Positions 24,768 through 37,293 of a DNA stretch of 64,000 nt are shown here, piece by piece. The notes beneath the pieces are model-generated. The model was not told the origin of the DNA. It did no database searches and worked only from the letters and a program-made list of their open reading frames with translations. The DNA is taken from NCBI RefSeq assembly GCF_058153355.1, contig NZ_CM177019.1; one strand, given 5' to 3'. A program made the translations under genes and the position numbers. Positions within the stretch are counted from its first letter, which is position 1; every line of letters begins with the position of its first letter.

Positions 24768-26150
24768 TTATAAGTCGTCGAACACGCTAAGCGCGTCGGA
24801 GAGTTTTTTAACGCCAAAAATCTGCATCCCTTCCGGCGCTTTTTTCGGCACGTTGGCTGCCGGAACAATCGCCCGCCGAAAACCATGTTTCGCCGCTTCA
24901 GAGATTCGTTCCTGGCCGCTGGGCACCGGGCGGATCTCCCCTGCCAGCCCGACTTCACCAAACACCACCAGATCCTGCGGTAGCGGTCTGTCGCGCAGGC
25001 TGGAAACCATCGCCAGTAGTAACGCTAAATCGGCACTGGTTTCCGTCACCTTCACGCCGCCGACCACATTCACAAATACATCCTGATCGGCCATTTGCAA
25101 CCCACCGTGACGGTGCAGCACCGCCAGCAGGATCGCCAAACGGTTTTGCTCCAGCCCTACTGCGACGCGGCGTGGATTCGCCATCATCGAGTGATCGACC
25201 AGCGCCTGGATCTCCACCAGCAGCGGACGCGTTCCTTCCCACACCACCATCACTGAGCTGCCGGAGGTCACTTCATCGCCGCGACTTAAGAAAATTGCCG
25301 AAGGGTTACTGACTTCACGCAGCCCCTGCTCGGTCATCGCAAATACGCCCAGTTCATTTACCGCGCCGAAGCGGTTTTTATGGCTGCGCAGGGTGCGGAA
25401 ACGGGAGTCGGCATCGCCGTCCAGAAGCACCGAACAGTCGATACAGTGTTCCAGCACTTTAGGGCCAGCCAGCGAACCATCTTTGGTTACGTGCCCCACC
25501 ATGACAATCGCCACACCGCGCGTTTTGGCGAAGCGCGTCAGATAAGCCGCCGTTTCACGCACCTGTGCCACGCTGCCAGGCGATGACTGAACATCCGCCA
25601 TATGCATCACCTGGATGGAGTCAATGACCATCAGCTTCGGTTGCTCTTCTTCGGCAATCAGGCAGATCTGTTCAATGCTGGTTTCCGACAACATATTGAG
25701 ATTGTCAGTCGGCAGGCCGAGGCGATGAGCGCGCATTGCCACCTGTTGCAGCGACTCTTCGCCAGTGACATACAGCGTTTTCATCTGCTGCGCCAGTTTG
25801 CACAGCGTTTGCAGTAGCAGCGTGGATTTCCCTGCGCCTGGATTACCGCCAATCAGAATGGCGCTTCCCGGCACCACCCCACCGCCTAATACGCGGTCGA
25901 ACTCTTTAAATCCGGTTGAAAAACGCGGCAACTCCTCAAGGCTGATATCGGAAAGTTTCTGGACTTTTGCCACTCCGGCGCTACCGGCATAGCCACTGAG
26001 ACGCTCGTTACGCGCCACCGTTGGCGACGCAGCAAGACGCACCTCGGTGATGGTGTTCCAGGCATGACAGGCACTGCACTGCCCCTGCCAGCGCGGATAA
26101 TCGGCCCCGCATTCATTACAAACAAAGGCGCGTTTTGGAGCTTTTGCCAC
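24768..26150 (-). CDS. radA: DNA repair protein RadA
   Basis: ORF 24768..26198; probable GTG start at VAKAPKRAFVCNECGADYPRWQGQC (460 aa). Confidence 0.9.
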   Translation of the reverse strand: MAKAPKRAFVCNECGADYPRWQGQCSACHAWNTITEVRLAASPTVARNERLSGYAGSAGVAKVQKLSDISLEELPRFSTGFKEFDRVLGGGVVPGSAILIGGNPGAGKSTLLLQTLCKLAQQMKTLYVTGEESLQQVAMRAHRLGLPTDNLNMLSETSIEQICLIAEEEQPKLMVIDSIQVMHMADVQSSPGSVAQVRETAAYLTRFAKTRGVAIVMVGHVTKDGSLAGPKVLEHCIDCSVLLDGDADSRFRTLRSHKNRFGAVNELGVFAMTEQGLREVSNPSAIFLSRGDEVTSGSSVMVVWEGTRPLLVEIQALVDHSMMANPRRVAVGLEQNRLAILLAVLHRHGGLQMADQDVFVNVVGGVKVTETSADLALLLAMVSSLRDRPLPQDLVVFGEVGLAGEIRPVPSGQERISEAAKHGFRRAIVPAANVPKKAPEGMQIFGVKKLSDALSVFDDL

Positions 26151-26198
26151 GGTGTACCTCGTTAATGCTGTGCCGCCCGCAGGATGACGGGCAGGCAA

Positions 26199-27167
26199 TT
26201 ACTTCTGATTCAGGCTGCCAGAGAGGATGCAGAATACCCCCATCAGGTCAGCGTGACGGATGGTGACTTCCGTTTTTTCATTCACTTTTGGCTTGGCATG
26301 GTAGGCAATCCCCAGCCCTGCCGCTTTGATCATCGGCAGGTCGTTGGCACCATCGCCAATCGCCACGGTTTGCGCCAGCGGGATTTCATACTCCTGCGCC
26401 AGGCGGGTCAGGGTTTTCGCTTTATACTGAGCGTCTACAATGTCGCCAATCACATTACCGGTAAATTTACCGTCCATGATCTCCAGTTCATTGGCTACTA
26501 CGGCGGTCAGGCGCAGCTTATCGCGCAGATATTCAGCAAAGAAAGTAAAGCCGCCGGAGGCAATCGCCACTTTCCAGCCCAGCGTTTCCAGCTTGAGTAC
26601 CAGTTGCGTTAAGCCTGGCATCAGCGGCAGATTTTCACGCACCTGTTGCAGAATATTGGCGTCAGCGCCTTTCAGCGTCGCCACGCGGCTGCGCAGGCTG
26701 GCGGTAAAATCGAGTTCGCCGCGCATCGCCCGCTCGGTTACTTCCGCCACCATCTCGCCGGTTCCGGCCAGTTTGGCAATTTCATCGATACATTCAATCT
26801 GGATGGCGGTGGAGTCCATGTCCATCACCAGCAAACCCGGCGTGCGCAGGTGCGGGATTTTCCCCAGCGGCGCGACATCCAGCTGCGCTTCGTGGGCCAG
26901 GCGCGTAGCCCGGGCGGTAAGCGAACCTGCCAGACGAATCACCTGATAATCTTCCACGCACCAGGCGGCAACAATCACCATCGCTGCGCCCAGTTTGCTC
27001 TGGTACTGAGTCAGACGTTGTTTATCCAGCCCACGACCATACAGCAGCCAGCCGCTACGACCTGCGTGGTAATCCAGTGGCATCACTTCATCACCACTTA
27101 ATGAAAGAGGCAGACCAGGCCATAAAGAGACATCTTCAGGCAGGTCGCACCAGGTAATGTTAGGCAT
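26199..27167 (-). CDS. serB: Phosphoserine phosphatase
   Basis: ORF 26199..27305; start taken at MPNITWCDLPEDVSLWPGLPLS (322 aa). Confidence 0.9.
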   Translation of the reverse strand: MPNITWCDLPEDVSLWPGLPLSLSGDEVMPLDYHAGRSGWLLYGRGLDKQRLTQYQSKLGAAMVIVAAWCVEDYQVIRLAGSLTARATRLAHEAQLDVAPLGKIPHLRTPGLLVMDMDSTAIQIECIDEIAKLAGTGEMVAEVTERAMRGELDFTASLRSRVATLKGADANILQQVRENLPLMPGLTQLVLKLETLGWKVAIASGGFTFFAEYLRDKLRLTAVVANELEIMDGKFTGNVIGDIVDAQYKAKTLTRLAQEYEIPLAQTVAIGDGANDLPMIKAAGLGIAYHAKPKVNEKTEVTIRHADLMGVFCILSGSLNQK

Positions 27168-27272
27168 TAAGGCTCCTGTAAAATCGTTCGAAGCAGGGAA
27201 AATAACGCATGAGGCTACCTTGTATCCATTGCTTCTGGCAACATTAAGTCTCAAATTTTCAAAGGGTGGAAG

Positions 27273-27917
27273 ATGGCTCGCACAAAACTGAAATTCCGGC
27301 TGCATCGGGCAGTGATTGTCCTGTTCTGTCTTGCCTTGTTAGTGGCGCTGATGCAGGGGGCATCATGGTTTAGTCAAAACCACCAGCGACAGCGTAATCC
27401 ACAGCTGGAAGAACTGGCCCGCACCCTGGCGCGTCAGGTGACGCTGAACGTTGCACCGCTGATGCGTACCGACTCGCCGGATGAAAAACGTATTCAGGCG
27501 ATCCTCGATCAGTTAACGGATGAAAGCCGCATCCTCGACGCGGGCGTGTATGACGAACAAGGCGATCTTATCGCCCGTTCTGGCGAAAGCGTCGAAGTGC
27601 GTGACCGGCTGGCGCTCGACGGTAAAAAAGCGGGCGGCTATTTTAACCAGCAGATTGTCGAACCCATTGCAGGGAAAAATGGTCCGCTTGGCTATCTGCG
27701 CCTGACGCTCGACACCCATACGCTCGCCACTGAAGCCCAACAGGTGGATAACACCACTAACATTTTACGCCTGATGTTGTTGCTCTCGCTGGCAATCGGC
27801 GTAGTGCTGACCCGCACGCTGCTACAGGGTAAACGCACCCGCTGGCAGCAATCCCCCTTCCTGTTAACCGCCAGCAAACCGGTGCCGGAAGAGGAAGAAA
27901 GCGAGAAAAAAGAGTGA
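27273..27917 (+). CDS. ytjB: Membrane protein YtjB (Smp)
   Basis: 214-aa ORF; synteny between serB and lplA. Confidence 0.85.
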   Translation: MARTKLKFRLHRAVIVLFCLALLVALMQGASWFSQNHQRQRNPQLEELARTLARQVTLNVAPLMRTDSPDEKRIQAILDQLTDESRILDAGVYDEQGDLIARSGESVEVRDRLALDGKKAGGYFNQQIVEPIAGKNGPLGYLRLTLDTHTLATEAQQVDNTTNILRLMLLLSLAIGVVLTRTLLQGKRTRWQQSPFLLTASKPVPEEEESEKKE

Positions 27918-27944
27918 CCCATTACTACAAGAAAGGAAATCGTT

Positions 27945-28961
27945 ATGTCCACATTACGCCTGCTCATCTCTGACTCTTACGACCCGTGGTTTAACCTGGC
28001 GGTAGAGGAGTGTATTTTTCGCCAGATGCCCGCCACGCAGCGCGTTTTGTTTCTCTGGCGCAATGCCGACACGGTAGTGATTGGTCGCGCGCAGAACCCG
28101 TGGAAAGAGTGTAATACCCGGCGGATGGAAGAAGATAACGTTCGCCTGGCACGGCGCAGTAGCGGTGGCGGCGCGGTGTTCCACGATCTTGGCAATACCT
28201 GTTTTACCTTCATGGCTGGCAAGCCGGAATACGATAAAACGATCTCCACCTCGATTGTGCTCAATGCACTGAACGCGCTCGGTGTCAGCGCCGAAGCGTC
28301 CGGACGTAACGATTTGGTGGTGAAAACCGCCGAAGGCGACCGTAAAGTCTCAGGCTCGGCCTATCGCGAAACCAAAGATCGTGGCTTCCATCACGGCACC
28401 TTGCTACTCAATGCCGACCTTAGCCGCCTGGCAAACTATCTCAACCCGGATAAAAAGAAACTGGCGGCGAAAGGCATTACGTCGGTACGTTCCCGCGTGA
28501 CCAATCTGACCGAATTGCTGCCGGGAATTACCCATGAGCAGGTTTGCGAAGCCATAACCGAGGCCTTTTTCGCCCATTATGGCGAGCGTGTAGAAGCGGA
28601 AATTATCTCCCCGGACAAAACGCCGGACTTGCCGAACTTCGCCGAAACCTTTGCCCGCCAGAGTAGCTGGGAATGGAATTTCGGACAGGCTCCAGCGTTC
28701 TCGCATCTGCTGGATGAACGCTTTACCTGGGGCGGCGTAGAACTGCATTTCGACGTCGAAAAAGGCCATATCACCCGCGCCCAGGTGTTTACCGATAGCC
28801 TCAACCCCGCACCTCTGGAAGCCCTCGCCGGACGACTGCAAGGCTGCCTGTACCGCGCGGATATGCTGCAACAAGAGTGTGAAGCGCTGTTGGTTGACTT
28901 CCCTGAACAGGAAAAAGAGCTACGGGAATTATCGGCGTGGATGGCAGGGGCGGTGCGGTAA
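27945..28961 (+). CDS. lplA: Lipoate-protein ligase A
   Basis: 338-aa [31 protein letters not shown]... Confidence 0.95.
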   Translation: MSTLRLLISDSYDPWFNLAVEECIFRQMPATQRVLFLWRNADTVVIGRAQNPWKECNTRRMEEDNVRLARRSSGGGAVFHDLGNTCFTFMAGKPEYDKTISTSIVLNALNALGVSAEASGRNDLVVKTAEGDRKVSGSAYRETKDRGFHHGTLLLNADLSRLANYLNPDKKKLAAKGITSVRSRVTNLTELLPGITHEQVCEAITEAFFAHYGERVEAEIISPDKTPDLPNFAETFARQSSWEWNFGQAPAFSHLLDERFTWGGVELHFDVEKGHITRAQVFTDSLNPAPLEALAGRLQGCLYRADMLQQECEALLVDFPEQEKELRELSAWMAGAVR

Positions 28962-28991
28962 CTCGCTGATTAAAATATCCAGGGAAGGAAA

Positions 28992-29256
28992 TATGATCGA
29001 TCTGAAGAACCAGGAACGGGAGATTATCAATTTAATGTTCAGCCAGGGTATATCCTGGCTAACCGCCGTGCGTATCAGGCATAAACTATCACTTGCTGAA
29101 GTTAGTAAAATGTTGGGTATCTCGATTAATTCTCTAAAACAAATCGAAAAGACGGAACGGCTTAGTTCAAACATCAAAAACAAAATGGCAGGAATTTATG
29201 GTTGTCCGCCAGAGTTGCTGATATGCCCTTACTGGATGACGGCTGAACATAAATGA
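28992..29256 (+). CDS. Hypothetical small HTH-like protein (occupies the position where K-12 carries yjjJ)
   Basis: 87 codons from MIDLKNQ with upstream ggaagga RBS; XRE-like helix-turn-helix stretch LSLAEVSKMLGISINSLKQIEK; low GC versus flanks. Confidence 0.35.
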
Positions 29257-29355
29257 ATAGATTCGTGAATAGATACTCGAATGGATTTAATTTTCTATCC
29301 ATATGAAAAATAATAGTAAATCTATAAATCAGTCGCTATTGATGAATAGATACTA

Positions 29356-29390
29356 AAAAGCCGGAGCGGTCTCCCGCTCCGGCTTCACAC
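29356..29390 (-). terminator. Rho-independent terminator downstream of deoD
   Basis: gccggagcgg tctc ccgctccggc hairpin followed by T-run on the minus strand. Confidence 0.6.
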
Positions 29391-29416
29391 GACAATCGCC
29401 TTTCAGCGAAACACAA

Positions 29417-30136
29417 TTACTCTTTATCGCCCAGCAGAACGGATTCCAGTGCGATTTTGATCATGTCGTTGAAGGTAGTCTGACGCTCAGCGGCAGTGGT
29501 TTGCTCGTGAGTGCGGATGTGGTCAGACACGGTGCAGATGGTCAGGGCTTTCGCGCCAAACTCTGCAGCCACGCCGTAGATACCAGCCGCTTCCATTTCC
29601 ACGCCGAGGATGCCGTATTTTTCCATCACGTCGAACATTTCGCCGTCCGGAGAGTAGAACAGGTCAGCGGAGAACAGGTTACCAACGCGAGCATCAATGC
29701 CCAGTGCTTTAGCTGCATCTACTGCGTTACGCACCATGTCGAAGTCAGCGATAGCGGCAAAGTCATGGTCTTTAAAACGGATGCGGTTAACTTTGGAATC
29801 GGTGCAGGCACCCATACCAATCACTACGTCACGCAGTTTTACGTGCGGCAGAACTGCACCACAGGAACCAACGCGAATGATTTTCTTCACGCCGAAATCG
29901 GTGATCAGTTCTTTAGTGTAGATGGAGCAGGACGGGATACCCATACCGTGGCCCATTACAGAAATTTTGCGGCCTTTGTAAGTACCGGTGAAGCCCAGCA
30001 TACCGCGAACGTTGTTCACTTCACGAGCATCTTCAAGGAAAGTTTCAGCAATATACTTCGCACGCAGCGGGTCGCCTGGCATCAAAACTACGTCAGCGAA
30101 ATCGCCCATTTCTGCATTAATGTGTGGAGTAGCCAT
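29417..30136 (-). CDS. deoD: Purine nucleoside phosphorylase DeoD
   Basis: ORF 29417..30193; start taken at [28 protein letters not shown] (239 aa). Confidence 0.95.
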
Positions 30137-30192
30137 CATTTTATCCTTTTTGTGACATATTAAAGGCGGAGTCACTGCTCCGCCCAAATCCA

Positions 30193-31437
<1,245 letters not shown>

Positions 31438-31467
31438 TCAAATTTAAATGATCAGATCAGTATACCG

Positions 31468-32790
31468 TTATTCGCTGATACGGCGATAGACAGTTGGTGT
31501 GCTTTCCGGTGCTTTATCGGCAAGTTTAATTGCCGCTTTCACCGCTTTCGCCGCTTCCTGCCAGCTGTTTTCGTCTTTCGCGTGGATAACCGCCAGCGGA
31601 CGCTGACCGTCGACCTGGTCGCCCAGACGCGCCATATCAGTAAAGCCGACGCTGTAATCGATGGTGTCAGATGCCTGACGGCGACCGCCGCCCATTGCAA
31701 CCACTGCCATTCCCAGCGCGCGGGTATCCATTTCACTGACAAAACCTTCGGTATCAGCATAGACTGCTTTCGTCAGCATCGCTGTCGGCAGATACTTCGC
31801 GTAGTTCTCAACGAAGTCGGTCGGGCCTTTTTGTGCCGCTACCATACGACCAAAGACTTCTGCCGCTTTACCGTTGTCCAGTACCGCCTGCAATTTCGCG
31901 CGCGCTTCGGCGTCATCTTTCGCCAGTTTGCCGGAGGTAAGCATCTCCACACACAGCGCCATCGTGACATCAAACAGACGCGGGTTACGGTACTCACCTG
32001 TCAGGAACTGCACCGCTTCACGTACTTCAACCGCGTTACCGGCACTGGAGGCCAGCACCTGATTCATGTCGGTGAGTAGCGCGGTGGTGCGCACGCCAGC
32101 GCCGTTAGCCACGCCAACAATCGCTTCGGCAAGGGCTTCAGAGAGTTCGTAGGTCGGCATAAATGCACCGCTACCGACTTTCACGTCCATCACCAGTGCA
32201 TCCAGACCTTCCGCCAGTTTCTTCGCCAGGATCGAGGCAGTGATCAGCGGGATGGAATCCACGGTTGCGGTAATATCGCGGGTCGCATAGAAACGTTTAT
32301 CCGCCGGAGCCAGTGAACTGGTCTGGCCAATAATCGCCACGCCGACGTCTTTAATAATTTCGCGGAAACGGTTGTCATCTGGGAAGATGTCGAAGCCAGG
32401 GATGGATTCCAGTTTGTCGAGCGTACCACCAGTATGGCCGAGGCCGCGACCGGAGATCATCGGAATATAGCCGCCGCAGGCAGCGACCATTGGCCCCAAC
32501 ATCAGCGAAGTCACATCGCCGACGCCGCCGGTCGAGTGTTTATCAACAATCGGGCCATTCAGATGCAGGCTTTTCCAGTCGAGAACGGTTCCTGAATCTC
32601 GCATCGCCATCGTCAGCGAGACACGCTCCGGCATTGTCATATCGTGGAAGAAAATGGTCATCGCGAGGGCGGCAATCTGCCCTTCGGAGATAGTGTTGTC
32701 GCGAATGCCGTTGATAAAGAAGCGAATTTCTTCATCGCTCAGCGCATGACCATCACGTTTTTTACGAATAATTTCTTGTGCGAGAAACAA
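31468..32790 (-). CDS. deoA: Thymidine phosphorylase
   Basis: 440-aa [32 protein letters not shown]... Confidence 0.95.
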
Positions 32791-32848
32791 GGTAACCTCC
32801 CGTGGAATAAGTTTGAAGGCGTTGTTGCCAGATGGCGGATGTTGTTAT

Positions 32849-32935
32849 TGCCTGATGCGATGCTGACGCATCTTACAAGGCCTACACGGCACTCGACCCG
32901 TAGGCCGGATAAGGCGTTCGCGCCGCATCCGGAAT
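32849..32935. repeat. REP elements between deoA and deoC
   Basis: gcctgatgcgatgctgacgcatcttacaaggcctac ... gtaggccggataaggcgttcgcgccgcatccgg. Confidence 0.7.
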
Positions 32936-32957
32936 CCACCCTCTGGCAAAAGGCAGC

Positions 32958-33737
32958 TTAGTAGCTGCTGGCGCTCTTACCGTCGCCGTGGCCCAGCGCT
33001 TTCAGCAGGCTTGCCAGCAGGCTGGAAGCACCAAAGCGGTAGTGACGCGCATCTGCCCAGTCAGCACCGAACAGTTCATCTGCAATCGCGAGATATTTCT
33101 GCGCATCTTCCGCAGTACGCACGCCGCCCGCCGGTTTGAAACCAACGGTTTTCTCTACGCCCATATCACGGATCACTTCCATCATGATGCGCGCGCTTTC
33201 CGGCGTCGCGTTCACTGCTACTTTACCGGTAGAGGTTTTGATGAAATCAGCACCCGCTTTGATGGAGATTTCAGACGCTTTGCGGATCAGCGCTTCGTCT
33301 TTCAGTTCGCCGGTTTCAATAATCACTTTCAGCAGTACGTTCGCTGCTGCGCAAGCCTCTTTACAGGCTTTCACCAGATCAAAACCAACCTGCTCGTTAC
33401 CCGCCATCAGCGCACGGTACGGGAACACCACATCAACTTCATCGGCACCGTAGGCGATTGCCGCGCGGGTTTCGGCCAGCGCGATTTCGATATCGTCGTT
33501 ACCGTGTGGGAAGTTGGTTACCGTAGCGATACGGATTTCCGGGGTACCCTGCTCTTTCAGCGTTTTGCGAGCAATCGGGATAAAGCGAGGATAGATACAG
33601 ATAGCGGCGGTATTACCTACCGGAGTTTTGGCCTGATGACACAGGGCGATCACTTTCTCGTCGGTATCGTCGTCATTCAGGGTGGTCAGGTCCATCAATT
33701 TCAGTGCACGCAGGCTGCTTGCTTTCAGATCAGTCAT
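32958..33737 (-). CDS. deoC: Deoxyribose-phosphate aldolase
   Basis: ORF 32958..33761; start taken at [29 protein letters not shown] (259 aa). Confidence 0.95.
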
Positions 33738-33995
33738 TTCATTCTCCTGGCTTGTCGCCAATAAAATTCACCTTGCGAGTTTGTTAGTATTCTAACATCG
33801 ACTCCGCAACACACTTCGATATACATCACAATTAAGGAAATCTACTTACAAAATTGCATTACTGTAATGCGATCTGGTTCAAATAATTCACTTTCAAATG
33901 AATGCGTCAGTGGTGGCAAACGCATCAGGATCAAAGTGAACATCACGAAACTTCTTACAATGGCGCATCACCTTCGGCATAAAAAGGAACAGAAG

Positions 33996-35546
33996 ATGCC
34001 CACTTCTCATGAAAATGCACTGCAACAACGTTGCCAGCAAATTGTCACCAGTCCGGTACTTAGCCCGGAGCAGAAGCGCCATTTTCTGGCGCTGGAAGCA
34101 GAAAACAATCTGCCTTACCCACAGCTTCCTGCCGAAGCCCGCCGCGCGCTGGATGAAGGTGTAATCTGCGATATGTTTGAAGGTCATGCGCCGTATAAAC
34201 CGCGCTATGTCTTACCCGATTACGCCCGTTTTTTGGCCAACGGTTCCGAATGGCTGGAGCTGGAAGGCGCAAAAGATCTTGATGACGCACTCTCTCTGCT
34301 GACCATTCTTTACCACCACGTTCCTTCGGTCACATCGATGCCGGTCTACCTGGGGCAACTGGATGCGTTGTTGCAACCGTATGTTAGAATTCTAACACAA
34401 AACGAGATCGATATTCGAATAAAACGTTTCTGGCGTTACCTCGACAGAACCCTGCCAGACGCCTTTATGCACGCCAATATTGGCCCATCTGATTCACCCA
34501 TTACCCGTGCGATTTTACGCGCAGACGCAGAGCTGAAGCAGGTTTCACCGAACCTGACTTTTATCTACGATCCTGAAATCACCCCTGATGACCTGCTGCT
34601 GGAAGTGGCGAAAAACATCTGTGAATGTAGCAAACCGCACATCGCCAACGGTCCCGTGCATGATAAAATTTTCACAAAAGGGGGCTACGGGATTGTGAGC
34701 TGTTACAACTCACTGCCGTTAGCGGGTGGTGGCAGTACGCTGGTACGCCTTAACCTGAAAGCCATTGCCGAGCGCAGTGAATCGCTGGATGATTTCTTTA
34801 CGCGCACTCTACCGCACTACTGCCAGCAGCAAATCGCCATCATCGATGCGCGGTGTGAATTCCTCTATCAACAATCACACTTCTTTGAGAATAGCTTCCT
34901 GGTGAAAGAAGGGCTGATTAACCCTGAACGTTTTGTGCCAATGTTTGGCATGTACGGACTGGCAGAAGCGGTTAACTTGTTGTGTGAGAAAGAAGGAATT
35001 GCCGCACGTTACGGTAAAGAAGCCGCTGCGAATGAAGTGGGTTATCGCATTAGCGCGCAACTGGCGGAGTTTGTCGCCAATACCCCCGTGAAATATGGCT
35101 GGCAAAATCGCGCCATGCTACACGCACAGTCGGGGATAAGTTCCGATATCGGCACCACGCCGGGCGCGCGTTTGCCGTATGGCGATGAGCCAGATCCGAT
35201 CACCCATCTGCAAACTGTCGCCCCGCATCATGCTTATTATTATTCCGGCATCAGCGACATTTTGACGCTCGACGAAACCATCAAACGTAATCCGCAGGCG
35301 CTGGTACAGCTTTGCCTCGGTGCCTTTAAAGCCGGAATGCGTGAATTTACCGCCAATGTCAGCGGTAACGATCTGGTTCGCGTTACCGGTTATATGGTGC
35401 GTTTGTCGGATTTAGAAAAATATCGTGCCGAAGGTTCACGTACCAATACCACCTGGCTGGGAGAAGAAGCCGCACGCAACACTCGTATTCTGGAACGCCA
35501 GCCGCGCGTGATAAGCCATGAACAGCAGATGCGCTTTAGTCAGTAA
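33996..35546 (+). CDS. yjjI: Glycyl-radical-enzyme-like protein YjjI
   Basis: ORF 33867..35546; start taken at [17 protein letters not shown] (516 aa); followed by activase gene. Confidence 0.85.
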   Translation: MPTSHENALQQRCQQIVTSPVLSPEQKRHFLALEAENNLPYPQLPAEARRALDEGVICDMFEGHAPYKPRYVLPDYARFLANGSEWLELEGAKDLDDALSLLTILYHHVPSVTSMPVYLGQLDALLQPYVRILTQNEIDIRIKRFWRYLDRTLPDAFMHANIGPSDSPITRAILRADAELKQVSPNLTFIYDPEITPDDLLLEVAKNICECSKPHIANGPVHDKIFTKGGYGIVSCYNSLPLAGGGSTLVRLNLKAIAERSESLDDFFTRTLPHYCQQQIAIIDARCEFLYQQSHFFENSFLVKEGLINPERFVPMFGMYGLAEAVNLLCEKEGIAARYGKEAAANEVGYRISAQLAEFVANTPVKYGWQNRAMLHAQSGISSDIGTTPGARLPYGDEPDPITHLQTVAPHHAYYYSGISDILTLDETIKRNPQALVQLCLGAFKAGMREFTANVSGNDLVRVTGYMVRLSDLEKYRAEGSRTNTTWLGEEAARNTRILERQPRVISHEQQMRFSQ

Positions 35547-36381
35547 GATTATCCCCTTCTCCTGCGTTGACGGGCCAGGCAGTCGTCTGGCTCTGTTTTT
35601 ACAGGGCTGTAATCTGCGCTGCAAAAACTGTCACAATCCGTGGACAATGGGGCGCTGTAATGATTGCGGGGAGTGCGTGCCACAGTGTCCGCATCAGGCG
35701 TTGCAGATTGTTAACAGCAAAGTAGTGTGGAACGCAGCCGTCTGCGAGCAGTGTGATACCTGCCTGAAGATGTGTCCACAACACGCTACGCCGATGGCGC
35801 AATCCATGAACGTGGACGAGGTGCTTAGTCACGTCCGCAAAGCGGTGCTGTTTATTGAAGGGATAACGGTAAGCGGCGGTGAAGCCACGACCCAGTTGCC
35901 GTTTGTGGTGGCGCTGTTTACTGCTATCAAAAATGATCCACAACTGTGTCATCTCACCTGTCTGGTGGACAGTAACGGCATGTTGAGCGAAACCGGCTGG
36001 GAAAAATTACTCCCAGTGTGCGACGGCGCGATGCTCGACCTCAAAGCGTGGGGTGGCGCGTGTCATCAACAGCTAACCGGACGCGATAATCAGCAGATCA
36101 AGCGCAGCATTAGTCTGCTTGCCGAGCGCGGCAAACTGGCAGAACTGCGTTTGCTGGTAATCCCAGGCCACGTGGATTATTTGCAGCATATCGATGAGCT
36201 GGCGGCGTTTATCAAGGGACTTGGCGATGTTCCGGTACGCCTGAACGCGTTTCATGCCCACGGCGTGTATGGCGAGGCGCAAAGCTGGGCGAGCGCCACG
36301 CCGCAAGACGTTGAGCAATTGGCTGATGCGTTACGGGAGCGCGGGGTGAGCCGGTTGATATTTCCGGCGCTGTATTTGTGA
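35518..36381 (+). CDS. yjjW: Glycyl-radical enzyme activating (radical SAM) protein YjjW
   Basis: 287-aa ORF with Cys-rich 4Fe-4S motifs ([24 protein letters not shown]). Confidence 0.85.
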   Translation: MNSRCALVSKIIPFSCVDGPGSRLALFLQGCNLRCKNCHNPWTMGRCNDCGECVPQCPHQALQIVNSKVVWNAAVCEQCDTCLKMCPQHATPMAQSMNVDEVLSHVRKAVLFIEGITVSGGEATTQLPFVVALFTAIKNDPQLCHLTCLVDSNGMLSETGWEKLLPVCDGAMLDLKAWGGACHQQLTGRDNQQIKRSISLLAERGKLAELRLLVIPGHVDYLQHIDELAAFIKGLGDVPVRLNAFHAHGVYGEAQSWASATPQDVEQLADALRERGVSRLIFPALYL

Positions 36382-36382
36382 C

Positions 36383-36510
36383 ATGCCGGATGTGGCCTAC
36401 GGTTCGGCACAGACCTGTAGGCATGATAAGACGCGTCAGCGTCGCATCAGGCATTGTGCGCCAACTGCCGGATGCGGCGTGAACGCCTTATCCGGCCTAC
36501 GAAGGGCAGA
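36383..36510. repeat. REP cluster (BIME) between yjjW and yjjV
   Basis: Three tandem or inverted REP palindromes including gccggatgcggcgtgaacgccttatccggcctac. Confidence 0.8.
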
Positions 36511-37293
36511 CTACCCACGAACGTTAAACACCGCATACGTGTTATTAAGCAACACTTCGGCAATCTCATCCGCGGGTTCCGGGCGTAACTCGCACAGCAC
36601 GGCAAACACACGGGCGGCCTGTTCAGGGCGATTAGGCTGCCCCTGAAAACCATTGAGCGGCATATCTGGTGCGTCGGTCTCCAGCAACAACGATGCCAGC
36701 GGCAGCTTTGCGATGACATCGCGGGTTTTACTGGCGCGTGGATAGGTGATAGTACCGCCTACGCCAATTTTGTAGCCCAGCTGCACAAACCGTTCGGCCT
36801 GTTGCAGGCTGCCAGAAAAACCATGAACCACACCAGTGCGTGGCAAATTTTGGCGTTTAAGATGCATCGCCAGTTTGTCGTGCGTGCGCCGTGAATGAAG
36901 GATCACCGGCAGATCGTAGCGTTTCGCCAGTTTCAGTTGTTCATCAAGCAACCACTGCTGCCTCTCAAATTGCGGATCGTCACCAAAGAGATCCAGGCCG
37001 ATCTCCCCCACCGCCACCACCTTCGTCGGACGTCTTCCCAACGCCTGCTGTAACTGATCCAGCGATGCATCGTTATGTTTTTCCAACATCCCCGGATGCA
37101 ACCCTAAAGCGGCATACAGCGGTTGATAATTTTCCGCTAACGCCTGCACGCGGGCAAAATTTGCCGCCTCGGTGGCCGGAACAATGATCTTGCCTACGCC
37201 CGCTTGTGCCGCGCGTTGCAGGCTGGCCTCTTCATCGCCACTAAACGGCGGGAAATCAAAATGGCAGTGGGTGTCGATAAAACGGCAAATCAA
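36511..37293 (-). CDS. yjjV: TatD-family metal-dependent hydrolase YjjV
   Basis: 260-aa ORF MICRFIDTHCHFDFPPFSGDEEASLQRAAQAGVGKIIVPA... Confidence 0.85.
   Translation of the reverse strand: MICRFIDTHCHFDFPPFSGDEEASLQRAAQAGVGKIIVPATEAANFARVQALAENYQPLYAALGLHPGMLEKHNDASLDQLQQALGRRPTKVVAVGEIGLDLFGDDPQFERQQWLLDEQLKLAKRYDLPVILHSRRTHDKLAMHLKRQNLPRTGVVHGFSGSLQQAERFVQLGYKIGVGGTITYPRASKTRDVIAKLPLASLLLETDAPDMPLNGFQGQPNRPEQAARVFAVLCELRPEPADEIAEVLLNNTYAVFNVRG

Noticed and set aside
32988-33764. 258-aa plus-strand ORF covering deoC
   Set aside because: Antisense shadow of deoC.
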